Positions 49,101 through 62,037 of a stretch of DNA of 64,000 bases are shown one piece after another (positions within the stretch are counted from its first letter, which is position 1; every line of letters begins with the position of its first letter). The notes beneath the pieces are model-generated. The model searched no databases. It was not told the DNA's origin and saw only the letters and a list, made by a program, of their open reading frames with translations. Where the stretch lies: the NCBI GenBank assembly GCA_043228905.1, contig JBHGNT010000004.1, positions 25,296,001 to 25,360,000 on the forward strand, in the 5' to 3' direction. The translations under genes were made by a program, and so were the position numbers. Source of the DNA: Azolla caroliniana (Eukaryota; Plantae; Polypodiophyta).

Positions 49101-51311
49101 CTATTGAACATTTGTGCAAGGGAAGCGACTAGATTGCTTGCAGCATAGGTGAGGTGTTCACCTTGTAGTCCTATGGGAGAAGAAAAAGAAATAATGATAT
49201 ATTAACGTCTACTTGCAAACCTATGAGAGAGAAAAAAGGAAGTTTTATCTCCATGATTTGGTGAAGGTATGGCCCATGTGCCTTATATCTTGGTACTTGC
49301 GGTGTCTGTTGTTCGTATTCCTCTGCTCACTGTATGGCAACTCTTCGGCACATTGTCTATGAAGTTGTGGAGCCATGGAAGAAATTGTTGTTGTCTCATT
49401 GCCCATGCATTGTGCTATAATAAGAGTTTATTCCCTCTGTTCCCTTTGCTTTGGAAGCTGAAGCAAAATTTGGCCAAAGTATCACGAGTAGGAGATAAGA
49501 ATCAAGTATCGAATTATCGTACAATCATGGTGAGCTCAACTATTTCTAAATTGTATAGCACTATTACAGAGCAAAAGGTAAGTGCATGGGCTGAAAATCA
49601 AAACAAATGAGCACTTGGGCAAGCAGGTTTTACACCAAAACACTCCATGGTAGATCATATGGTTACATTAAGAGTGATTATGGAAGAAAGTCGCCTACAA
49701 GGAAACCACTCTACTGCTTTGTTGATTTTAAAAAAGCATTTGATATAGCGCCATGAAGTGAGCTTTGGAATAGAATGGTGGAAACTAGTATGCCATTAGA
49801 GTATCAAGTTGCTATTGCACAATTATATGAGCAGGTTAGAGGCCAACTAAAAATTGAGAATGGCTTCTCAAAATACTTTTTAAGTAACATAGGGGTTAAA
49901 CAAGGATGTCCATTATCACCAACACTCTTTGGTTTATGCATTGATAAATTGGAAGAAGTGGTGAATAGGGAAGAAGGATTAGATGCCCCAAAACTTATGC
50001 AACAAGTTATCTTGTTGGTTTTATGTTCGGATGATGTGGTTATCTTTTCATATAATGTTGATGGTATGCAACGTTTACTTGGAGCATTAGAAGCATTTTG
50101 CCAAAGTAATGGATTACCTTTAAATGTGGATAAAACAAAAATAATGTAGTGTGAACCATCCAACCTCATTGATACCCTATGCTTACATATAGGGGAGAGA
50201 GAATATGTACAATTTGTACAAAGATTTAAGTATTGTGGTATCGATGTACTGGCCACAAATAAATGGAGCATATGCTTTGAGTCTAGCCTTCCAGCTATGG
50301 AACAGAACATAAATGCAACAATAGTGATACTCATGGATGGGAAGTGAAACTGATGTTATTTAATGTTATGGTAACACAAGTTTTGCTTTGTGGAGTAGAA
50401 GTGTGGGGAGGCACTATCTTAATGCATGGAGTTAGATTGAGAAGGTCCAAAAGATGTTTTTAAGGAAACAATTGGGAGTTAAATCCACCACCTCCTATCA
50501 ACTTATGCTCTTGAAAACAAGTGTTTGACCTGTAGAGATATTAGCGCTACAGAGAGTATGTAGATACATCTTGTTTGGAATGTTGGTTGTAAAGTACAAA
50601 AGAATCACAAGAGAAAATTCTCTCATCTGGTTGGGTAGTTGACATCAAAAAATGGTCCAAAAGATTGGATGTGGAAGATCTCTTAGAGCTTTCAAGTGAT
50701 GCCATGAAATATGTAGTTATTGAGGAGAGATTAATGGAACCACTAGGGAAGAAGTGGAAAGATGCTAAAGGGACAAAAATAGGCTAGTACATTGCAAACA
50801 TCAATCCTGAATGTTGGGTTCTATATAGGGCAAGCAGGCCTATTGATTACATTGAAGTTGCATTATAAGGACGAGGATCGCTTGTTTTTTACATGCTCTG
50901 CTTATAGTACAATTCGTGAAAGCTATGATGATATTATTAAGACTGTACATGTGTAGCCCTTGATTGACTCATAAAATGACTAGTAATGGAGCCAAAGAAA
51001 CTTATGTGGTTGTTCTTTGATGGTGAGCTGTTGTGTTAGTAATGTTGTCCATCAACAATTCTTTCTTGAGTTCTTGTAATCATCTTTTTAATATTCCATT
51101 ACCTTGCCTTGTGGGCTAAAGCTTTGTTGGCATCCCCCTCTCATTTCATACAAAATAGTGCTCCAATTTCATACCTTGATGGCTGAATTCGCAGATCCGC
51201 TTTTCCATAGTTTTGTGTGCATATCTGCATATCTCAATCTCTAACGCATTGAAGAGTTCTTGTGCTGCCATATCATCGTACTGAGTGAATGAGAGTTGTG
51301 TATCCATATGC

Positions 51312-51361
<50 letters not shown>

Positions 51362-51679
51362 CTTTGCAGAGGTTAGCGAAATGTCAAGTCGTTTGACATC
51401 AGAGTCTCGCATTTATGCAGAGAAGGCAAAAGATCTAAGTCGGCAGGTATCATACTCTCTTCCCTTGTATTTATTTATTGGACATTATATAAGAAAGTTT
51501 TTGAATTTCTAATTTCCTAATTATTCTTGTTTAGATGTGTGTTATGATTTCAACCCATATTTATCTCCAGTTACATTTGTGTTTTCTGTTAGGCGTTGAT
51601 TCGGAAGTGGGCACCTGTGGCAGTTGTCATTGGAGTTGTGGTGCTGCTACTATGGGTCCGACGGTCTTTCTATCAGTGA
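46167..51679 (+). CDS. SEC22: Longin R-SNARE SEC22; exons 46167-46354, 46558-46718, 46854-47000, 51370-51446, 51593-51679
   Basis: [24 protein letters not shown]…[14 protein letters not shown]…[17 protein letters not shown]…[55 protein letters not shown] (C-terminal TM). Phases consistent. Confidence 0.97.
47880..49170 (-). mobile_element. Degenerate RTE-like LINE in SEC22 intron
   Basis: Nucleotide similarity to 4400-5100 (e.g. agtgtgcatg(g/a)tccatgtg…). Boundaries approximate. Confidence 0.6.
49485..50870 (+). mobile_element. Degenerate RTE-like LINE RT in SEC22 intron
   Basis: [50 protein letters not shown]. Stops and frameshifts. Confidence 0.85.
51314..51357. repeat. (AG)22 microsatellite
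   Basis: Direct reading. Ends 12 nt before SEC22 exon 4. Confidence 0.97.
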
Positions 51680-52889
51680 TTCTCCCATAAGCAATTCCTG
51701 AACATGAAAGAAGAGTGTATTTATTGGGGCCTACAAGCACATAACCTAAAGAATAGATATCACACTTTCCAAAGTGAGCAATTAGTTTTTTTGTTCGGAC
51801 TGGAGCAATCAATAGTCTATGCTCTGAGAAAATTTCAATATATTCGTTTTATGTTCATAAATATTATTCATGTTCTTGGAATTGTGAAAAGTTTGATCAA
51901 AGAGTGGCTTGTAGAGCTTTTCTTTCTTCATGTACTATTTCATTGCCTTACTGCAATAGGTAAAAAGATGCAAGTATTGAATTGCCTCATCTAACCTTTG
52001 GCATGGTAGCACATTATATATAGAACATTTGGTTAGAATTGTATTGAATATTCCCTCTTACTTCGTACTTCTTAAAGAGAGATAATGACTCTTAAACGTT
52101 TCATCAATATTGGTAGGTATACTGTGTTTTTGGCTATTGACATTAAGGTGGAATTATTGAGCAGGAATCAGATTTTGACCATATCACATAGAACTTTGAG
52201 CAAGAGATATATGTTTTGCTATTGATGATTTCCACTCAGTGGTATGTTATTGTCCATTTTGTTGTGCAATTCTGGATGATTGTGCTTATTTCTAAGTGAA
52301 TTACAGCATGATCAGCTGTAAATCAATCTATATGTCACACATTATTCTTCTATCAAATGTACAAGTCTCAGAAGTCAAACATCAAATGAGTTGTGAAGCT
52401 AGGAGGTATAAATCTCCCAAGATATAGAACTCGAGCCTAGAACAAATCGGTACAATCTCTTGTCCCTAAGATGCCTTCAATTGTACAAAGAACAGCCAGA
52501 ATGGACCCTGGGAATCCTACACTTAAAATGGAGATGCATGGTATTTTATATTTAACGTTTTTAACAAGTTATTCAAGATGTCAAGAGACTAGTTTATTGG
52601 AGCAAATCATGTTTAATTACAATACAGACTCTCCAAAAGCGAGGAAAAATGCACACATTTCATATCATAAAACTTGATACCATAACAATGAAAATTGTGT
52701 ACTAAAATTTTAAATAGAGATCACCATATTTCCCCAAAATTTGAGAGATATAAGTCATACAACAACCATTTTACTCGATTTGTGATTGAAATGCAATCCG
52801 ATTTATGAACCATCCAAAACATTGAAGCAATTGATTGGCCATCTTGAGCCTTCACCCAAAGAGAATGTTCAATATGACACAAATTTAAC

Positions 52890-55351
52890 CTATTCCTTCC
52901 ACACTCCAGCTAGTTCATCAGGTTCTATTCGATTCGCCATGACATGTGTTTTCCTCCTCTGCTTAGCCTTTACTTTCTTGACGTACTTGCCCGCTTTTGA
53001 TTTCTTCTCCTGTGATCTAACCTGTCATAAGCAACAAATCATAGATGTTATTTAAAAATCCATGTACAAAGATGATAGAACGCAAAGTCAAATATAAACA
53101 CAATGAGAAGAATTGATCAATGAATACAAAATGAGAAGACGAAAGGCAAAAGCAAAGGAATTTACCACATTCGGTGATACATAGAACGGATTCTCATATA
53201 TTGTTTGTCCTCCAAAGCTCCCATTGAAGATTTTAATGGGATGCAAACAAAATCGGGGGCCAACCTGCACATCCATAAAACAAAACCAATTTGTTCATTT
53301 TTCATCATTTTGCAAATAATTTTACACATAAACCAATCATATCTAGGGCTTCATATACCTCAATAAGCGTCATTTTGTCAAGACCTCCCTTCACAATCTT
53401 TTCTGTGCCCAGATGAGGAACACTTATCTATGAAAGTTATGACATTAATTACATCATTTTCAGAAAAGCATACAAACTCATTATGACATAATATAATACG
53501 AGCAATGTGAAGAATGCACCTGATAATTCCGGAACCATATGTGATTATCTGCTACTGAAAATGCAAACACATGGTCAAAAAATGGCTTGCATTTGCGATG
53601 ATCCTTTGGTGTAGTGAAGACCTTCAGACACCAAGAAAAAAATTTTAATTATATGAAAGCTTACTATACAACTTTGAACATCTACATCAAAAAGATTTCT
53701 GGAAATGGGATTTCCTTGCCTGTTTAAGGAGCTCCTTAAGCAGTTGAAAATGAGGAAAAGTATCGAAAGTGGAAGAAAACGTTAGTAATGGTCGAGATCC
53801 TTTTAGATGGTTTCCAGTGAGCTTAAGCTCTGCCATAGTGTGCACTACATTACATAAAAACTCTCATGGTATCAGCCTAACTACTGTAAAAGGATACACC
53901 TCAAATCATAATGGGATACATAGCTCAAACAGGAAACTGACACAAGCAAATGATATATTTAAGTGACTCTCCAGCAACGATTAAGTAAGATAACAAGATG
54001 GGGATTTCCTTTATGATTTATTGATGAATTCTTAAACAAGGTAATGGTCCAGTAGATCCCTTTGAGAGCATACACACAGATATTTGATGCTCTCATGTAA
54101 GACAGGTAGTGGGATAATAGCATGTAAGGAAATTATAAAACAATTACACAACAGTCCCTAGTCCCAAATACCAATGCCAATTATTCATATGGAACAGATA
54201 CAAGCACTGAATATTATAGTGAGTTTTCAATGTGAAATAAATATCCCATAAGTGTCGTAACAATTTTTTATGCACTCAGATCCTCATCATATAATATATC
54301 CTTTCCATCTCAAATCATCATCATGTTCGAGATCAGACTGTTAATACTTACCAGCCTTCACAAGAAATTTTACTGAAGGCCCAGACGGACACTTTGACAT
54401 CCACAAATACAAATCTTGCTTCTTTCTGCACTGCAAAAACATGCATGAAAAACTCTTAGAATAACTCGACTGAATTAGAAAAACAACATTAGAATTAAAC
54501 GGCTTTGCATACAGTATTAAGATTAGACATTACAAACTCAAAAGGAGGAGGTTGCAGCCACATAGCTAACCTCAAAAAATAGGCAGCTTGTACACCCCTT
54601 AAGATCGACAAGTTCGTTCAGCGTTGCAGCCTTGTTATCCTTTGACTGCACTTTCACATCCCTTTTGCTGTGTGGCAGAAGCCCAACTAAATCCATCATC
54701 AAATGCCGATATCTGTATAATCAAGAAATTCAATAAAGTGTGAGATTCCACATTTTTCAGCATATAATTAATCACTTCACTAGTTTCGCATGCTAAGGAA
54801 TAAGCAAAAAAGTTATGATATTACAACACAATATTTCGTAGGGTTTATATGGTGTGCGATATGAGAGATTCTTCTGGTCTCCCTCCGTGACAGAAAGAGT
54901 CCATGGCGTAAAGGTAAGATTTGACGGAAGTTATGTGATCTTGAGATTGCCTGGACATAGGAGGTCCAGAGAAAACAATTCTCCAGAACAAAAAAGTTTA
55001 TGAACGTGAGAAAAACCTAATATCCATAGAGCACTAGAATCATGATTCGGACGCATCAAATGCAATAACAGTTCCGAGTTTATTTAAGAAGAATCAAACA
55101 TACCGGAAGCTGATGCGACGAGACGACAGAACCAAAACTTTCTCTCTGTTCCTGAAGGACAACGAAGAGGGTGCTTTTGCCTCGATCTGGGGGAGTGTTT
55201 TCCCCTCACTTTCAGAAGCAGCAGCGACAGAGGGGGAAGGGGAGGGGCCCAAAAGAGTACGTTTAGGGGAAGGAGGGGCGACTCCTTCCTCTTTCTCTGC
55301 TGTCTGGGTTGTTGATGATGATGATGCAGAAGCTTTCCTCTTCTTCCCCAT
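52890..55351 (-). CDS. BRX1: Ribosome biogenesis protein BRX1 (Brix domain), 8 coding exons
   Basis: FRNREKVLVLSSRRISFRYRHLMMDLVGLLPHSKRD…CLFFECRKKQDLYLWMSKCPSGPSVKFLV…HTMAELKLTGNHLKGSRPLLTFS…KPFFDHVFAFS…WFRNYQI…EVGPRFCLHPIKIFNGSFGGQTIYENPFYVSPN. Confidence 0.96.
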
Positions 55352-55519
55352 CTCTCTCGAGCTCTCCCTGTCCCTGTCTCTGTCTCTGTCTCTGTCTCTG
55401 TGTTTTGCTCGGATTTGAACCCCTGACTGACTGACTGACTTGAAAGAGAAATAGATAGGTTTATAGATATGTCTTCGCAGAAGTAGATTGGAGATTAAAC
55501 CCTTCTTTGAACCCTTCTA

Positions 55520-55597
55520 ACTATTAAAACCGAACCGAACCGTTATATGAAACCAAACCGTTTTAACCGTTAAGCCGCTGTCCGTTGCCGATTGTTA
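55520..55597. mobile_element. Solo right end of the hAT MITE family seen at 3318-3739
   Basis: AACCG subterminal repeats ending in CCGTTGCCGATTGTTA, identical to the 3724-3739 terminus. Confidence 0.75.
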
Positions 55598-58500
55598 CCT
55601 GGGAAGGAGGAATGAATCTCTGGAGAAGATAAAATGGTGAACTTCCAAGACCAGAATAGCCTAGGGTAGAGACTATAACAACTGGTTCCTTGCCCATGCA
55701 TGCGCGAACACGTGATGGGAGGTTGTGTCGTTGACCTTCTCTCCTGTGGAACGATATGTGTCAATCTTGTCTCATTCTTTACTCTTCAACCCGCTCCCTG
55801 ATTGCCTCTCATCTTTGCAGCAACCGAGCGTAGGAAGATGCACTTATCATCCAAACTCCTGTGTACGAAGAACACGTTGTAGATCCACTCCCAAACCACC
55901 AACTCCGAGAGAAGCTTGCCTACAACGACTTTCGACCCCCCTCCCTTTGGCTTGGGCAAGTTTAGCATGTTCAAATATATATCTTTTTGGGAACTCTGCA
56001 ATTTGTACAACTGAGTGGATTGGTGGGTGGTTGCTTAACTATGGTAATTGATTATGTGAGTCAGGTGTGTGATTGTCATTTGTGATAACTTGACGAGGGT
56101 AAGAGCAGTAGTGGAACCATTATCCCTATGAGCTAGGCTAGAGATTCAGCTCTTGCCATGTAAGTTGTCGATTCTATACATGGCCTAGCTCTACAAATTA
56201 GATGACCTATAGGGTATGCAAGCTTAAACATGTCATCCGATGGATAATGCATCCTATAGGGCATGAAATGCTACAATCTTATAAGCCCCTTGACAGGCTT
56301 GAAGAAGGGTACCTTTTAGAAATAGTTGAATTTACCAAGTTTGAGAATGACCTAAAGATCATTTTCAAATATAGTTTTCTTCCTAAATACTACCTTAAAC
56401 ATGTAATTCATTGTTGCTTATCCAAGAGTGATAAGCAATATTCCACATGGTTAGATTTTCTTCATTAGAAATAAATGTAGGTGAGTTCCATCGTCAATAA
56501 CACCAATTCAAGTACATACAACCTTATTAATGTAGAATGAAATTTAACATGCCATATCACATATATGCAACACAAAATTTAATAAGGTAATGTTATGACT
56601 CAATTGTCGGAAATTCATTAAGCGAGTTGATAAATATATATTAGATTGACATTATTTGAACAATCTTACATGCATCCACATTTTAATTCAACATTTAGAA
56701 GCAATATCTCTATATAGTACCTAATATTGCACTTTTGAGAGAGAGAGAAACATATTTTTAACATCCATGGGAATCTTATTGCGATCTATGAGAGAAGGCA
56801 TAGCTCATGCTGAAGATCAAACTTTGATTCTGTCAATTTTATGACTTTTAAAAACAAGCATAATCTAATGTCTTTTACGATAAGAGATTCTGAGACCACG
56901 ATTGTGTATGTGTGGTAGGCTTGTGTGCTGCATAAAGTTTCATTCTCAACATTGAAGGATATCCAATAACTTTTTAATGAAAATATTTATTGATGGGTGT
57001 GGGAGTTCCATTTTCAAACATGATTACATATTGCACATGTTATATCGGACTACTGAAATTTGACCTCAACAATCGTTGTCCACGCCATCTTTTTGCTTTA
57101 CACATTTTGTTCATCAATCTTTCTTTGGAACTGCAAAATGTGGCACAAGTTCAATATTTTCGAGCTTTGGCATAGAGATATATGTGCATGTAGTAATAGA
57201 TTCTCGATACAACGAAAGCTCCATGTCAAACCACAAATGGAGCACCCGAAAGCAGTAACTATCGATTTGAGCAAAAATTTGATATTATTATTTTTCATTC
57301 TAGTTGAATTACCTGATTTCATAAGAAGGATAAGGACAACATGAAAAGCGTGTACCAATCAACTTAACTTTCCATGTCATTCTTGATGAGCATAGTTGTT
57401 GAAGTTGATATATTGCATATCTTAGAAATGGATACATTTGAAATGCTCATTTCTGAATACAAATGCTTGAAATAGCTAGAGAAATAAGCGAATGTGCATA
57501 TGCACACAATAAGGATAAGGATAATCAAATAATAGAGACGTGAAACTAGTTGTTCGGGATTCTCCTAATGACACTTTTTAGCATGTAAATTAGGCTTGAA
57601 TCTAATTGCTACATCGATTTACTAGTTTTGTGATTACTATATCTACAGTTTGTTCAGCATAGCAAACTTCATGCAAATAGTATCAGAGGATAGTTGAGCT
57701 AGGATTTTGAGATATGCTCTAAAAGGTAATTCCGTCTTGACAAAACTATTGTGGAGAAGTTACATTCACCCACACTATCGTAAATCTCATGGTTTCTACA
57801 ACAAAATCAATTGCAAAACTTGGGATATAGTTATTTCTATGGGTAATCAAAGTATAATGTTAGATAAAAAAACCCTATCCCCCATGTCTTATGGACTTGG
57901 AAAAAAGAGGAATCTCCATTTGACACCAAGGTTTCATATGCGACAAATGGAACAACCGAAATTGAACACCGATTTGAATCCAAGGAAGGACATGTCCCGG
58001 AACTAGGCTTCGCACGTGTTTCTCGACCATCGTCTTTCCATGTGTAATGGGGTGTGTGTTGGGAAGGAAGCAAGCTCAGGTGCAAGGTTGTCTGAGAGAA
58101 GAGACTTGAAGAAGGCCATGCATTCGACCTTGATCCATGACTCGTGTCTCGTGGTCTCCTGCTTCCTGCCCACGTGTTGAACGCTTTCACACCCAGAAAC
58201 CCAATTGACCGCCCACGAGTATCATGGCAAGGAATTTCGGACCTTCTCTCATAAGGCTTTCAAGAAGAATGTAGGACTAGTGAAGGGATCATGGAAATTC
58301 CGATCAAATTTCATTGAAGATCTTGTGTTTTCTTGTTGGATTCTCTGTTTGGCCAATGGCTTTGAAGAACAATCTTGTATTTGATCATTTTGGTTGGGTA
58401 TTTTTTAATTTCTTTTCAATATTGAGCCCTCAGAATTTGAATCTCATTCTCAGGCTTCAGATTTTATACACCATTACAAAAGAGAACAGCCTCCATGTTA

Positions 58501-59696
58501 TTATTGATTTGTTTTGTCCTTTTCTTGTTGCTTTCCCAATCAGAAATTTCTATGGTTCTCTGATCGGCAAAGATTAAAAAGCAAAAAGAAAAAACAGCAG
58601 AAAAGGTACCTTGCCTCCCCTTTATGCTGTTATTCATTATGAACTTCTTTAGTCCTTTTTCGTTGTTGTTTTCTCCTGGTTGTTTTCCCGGTCAGAATTT
58701 CTATGGTTCCCTGATCCACAGAGGAAAATAAAAACAGAAAAGGTAAAAAAATCCCAAAAGGTAAAAAGAATGACATTTTTATGCCATTATTATTAGTTTT
58801 GCAGTTTCTATGGTATTCCTTGATCCACAGAGAGAATATTCACAATAAGACAATGTTTGTATGAATTCTGATTACGGAATATGTTTACAAAAGACAAAGT
58901 TTTATCAATTAAAATGTTTATAGGATTTTAATGTTTTTTAGTCATTAGAGGATTTGGGCATCAGCAAAAGCTAAGAAAAGTCTCAAATACAATGAGGAAT
59001 TATATATGAAAACCATGATTAGGATTGACAAGACGATTTTACATAATTTGTCCTTATAATATAATCCTATTGACATGTAAGGTTTAGCAGGTTTTTGCTT
59101 CCTTCTCTATATAAGTTAGTCCCTCCTTGATTTCCCCGAAATGAACAATAAGCTTATTAATATCAGCCATTTCACTGGTTATTTCCTTCTTGATGGTTCT
59201 TTTCTTTTTTTGTTTTCACCCATTTTCCCTAATTTGTGCGGAAGATCAAGGGGGTCCACTGAAATTTGGGAGTACCTGAAAGACTGAAAATCTGGCATTT
59301 CATCTCTATATATAACAACTAGATTTTTTTTGTAAAATTTATATACACTTTTTTTATGAGAGCTATATACACACAATTTTCCATGAAATTTATGAATATA
59401 ATAACCAGTCTATATTTGAAAAAACCAGAAAAAATCAATTTTAAGTAGGTTGTATTATGATCTTATAGAAATTGATGTATGGTTATGGTAAAGTTTGTCT
59501 GCATTCGAGTAGGTTTTATGTGAAATTGATTTTTTTCAGAAATTCCAGCAAAGATTTATCTCAACTTGCAAGTATTTTGATTTGTAGAAAAAGAAAAAAA
59601 AATTTAATGAGCCTAGAGGATCATGCCCTTTATTTGGCTTTTCAGCTTTTCCCCTTCAATGGATATGTAGGCTATGAGAAGACACCCAGGCAAAGG

Positions 59697-61452
59697 ATGA
59701 TGTCTTGTTTTTCGATGCAAACAACTACTGCAAGTAGAGCATCAGACTGGCAACAAAAGTTCACCAGGTAATATAACGTTTCAGAAGTTTTCGCACTATA
59801 GTTGAATGCATTATTCGGGAAATTCTTCTTTGCCACTTGAATGAGTTTCGCATGAAAAAAATAAATATAGGAAATTGTGATATAACTTATGGCAAAAATA
59901 TATAGGAAATTAATAGAGATTCTATATATCTCTATCAGGTTTTGTTCTCTTTATAAACATTTCAATCAGCAAGTTCAAAGATTTGATAGGTTTTTTGGTG
60001 AGTGAGGGATGATACTCCATTCCCAGAGGAAAATGGTTAGGCCTTGTTCATTAGCCAAATGGTGTTGCTTCTTGGGTTTAAGTTTGTGTGCTTAAGTGCT
60101 ATCCATCTTTGGGGCTAGTTGATCTGCTAGGCTGAGTTGCTATCATGCAGTTCAATGCCACCCATTCTCCAGGGTAGTTGATTGAGTTATATGCTGACAA
60201 CATTTATACTACACATATAATGTAAATATACTTGAATCTAGTCCATTACGAAAATTTCTGGGTTATTAGCAATGAGTGTCAAGAAAGATAAATTACTTAC
60301 TAAGTACATAGAATGTGCTCAAAGACATGTATAACACATGGTTATGAGCATATCCATAACCTTATGGAGTCAATAAAGCCAAATATTGAGTGCACATTCT
60401 TCATAGATGGCTACATAGCCGGAGCATCTCTCTGGATGGCTATAGTTGGAAATATACATGTAAGGTTTCATGGTATATAAGGATAGACCTTTCAAGTGTG
60501 CCATTATTCACATAAACTGAATTAGTATTCAGTGTGCGTAGTTACTTGATTTCTTCTTCTATCATTTAGTTTTCATGGAACCCATTTTCCACATCCATGC
60601 TATGGGTCCCTGTTGTGTTTTCTTAATTTGCTAAATCCTTGACTTTTGATGCACTGGTAATCAAGTCTCTAATGGGGAACGAAGAAGATATAATTTCTTA
60701 GAAGCTATTATCATTGGTAATTGGGCAGAGAAGATGCATCCCAAGAGCTAGTATTGATATTCCAGTTCATAGATTTTTAAAGATTTTAAACCATTTACAT
60801 ATGATTGTGAATCACTGTAGGCATGAAGAAAGCTCAAAGCAATATATAGCCTATGAAGAAGGATCAACTGCCATAGACGGGGATGGCTTGATGTTTGTTT
60901 TACCTCAACAAGAGATGAAGTCTAGCACTAAAGTGGTGGTCAATGAGAAAATAAGATCACAAAACTGTGGACGTGCTCGAGAAGAGGAAACCACTGATAA
61001 GCAAAAAGTCTATATAAACAAAGTAAAGGAACCCACTAACTCTATTGTCCTTTTCTCCATGGAACCCATTTCTTTCACAATAAGGAGTGCAAGCCAACAA
61101 AACAAATGTGATGCTAAAGTTTCCCCGAATGACATCACTCAACGGAACACTGACCTAGGAATTTGTGGCAGTAATAAGGGTGAGAGACAGCAACGTCCAT
61201 TACGAATTGTTGACCAAGAATTTCAAGCATCAAAAAGGTCTCAAGTTTCATACACTTTAAGACTTTGTTTATATATTGTGTATCTGTATGTGTATGAACT
61301 TTGAAGTATGTGTTATATAAATACAAATACACATACATGTACACACACACACACACATACACATACCCATACGCTTACCCTTACCCTTACCCTTACCCTT
61401 ACACTTACACTTACACTTACACTTACACCTACACATACACCTACACCTACAC

Positions 61453-61483
<31 letters not shown>

Positions 61484-62037
61484 TACATACGCATACGCAT
61501 ACGCATACGCATACGCATACGCATACGCATACGCATACGCATACACATACACAATACACAATAAACATGCACATGCACATGCACAATACACAATACACAT
61601 GCACATGCACATGCACATACACATACAGATACATAGATAAAATGCCAATTTTAAATATATATGTATGAAGGATGTTATATATAACTTGGAAACTCTACCC
61701 AGATGCTCAAAGAGGTTATTACAGAAAACAACAAATCCCTTGGTAGATAATGATCCTCCTGCCCCTCCTTTAAAACTACCAAAGTTTCGTATCATCCTAA
61801 CACGCAATGAGTTCTCAGAGGATTGGCGCAAAATCACAGGGAATAAATACACCGGAAAGCCAAAGAAATCTTCTCTTGCTCAACTGGTGTGTATGTCCAT
61901 CTTGATCACTCACAAAGTTGTTAAAAGTGTAGTGAATCTCTAGAGCATATTTATGATATGTTATTTATTGATTGCAGGGGCTAGGGTTATGCTCTTCATT
62001 AACATGCCCTTCAACTATTCGGTACCTCAAAGACTGA
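59697..62037 (+). CDS. Putative DUF1639-like protein; exons about 59697-59767, 60821-61244, 61671-61886, 61978-62037 (5' end uncertain)
   Basis: GT-AG-joined exons keep one open frame. C-terminal LPKFRIILTRNEFSEDWRKITGNKYTGKPKK resembles the DUF1639 motif PxFxIxLsxxEixEDfxxxxGxkxxxrPKK (from memory, no HMM run). Confidence 0.6.
61325..61636. repeat. Compound CA/hexamer microsatellite
   Basis: Successive blocks (CA)n, (TACCCT)n, (TACACT)n, (TACACC), (TACACA)n, (TACGCA)n, (TGCACA)n. Confidence 0.95.

Noticed and set aside
3318-55597. 52-kb macro-transposon from the left TIR at 3318 to the solo TIR at 55597, capturing genes
   Set aside because: 3318 already pairs with 3739 by a perfect TSD. 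The flank after 55597 (CCTGGGAA) does not match GTATGAAC.
55620-58300. LTR element suggested by PBS-like TAGTATCAGAG near 57678
   Set aside because: No second LTR, TSD or gag/pol motif found.
61135-61852. Cys/His/Tyr-rich ORFs (metallothionein-like appearance)
   Set aside because: Translations of the intronic microsatellite.
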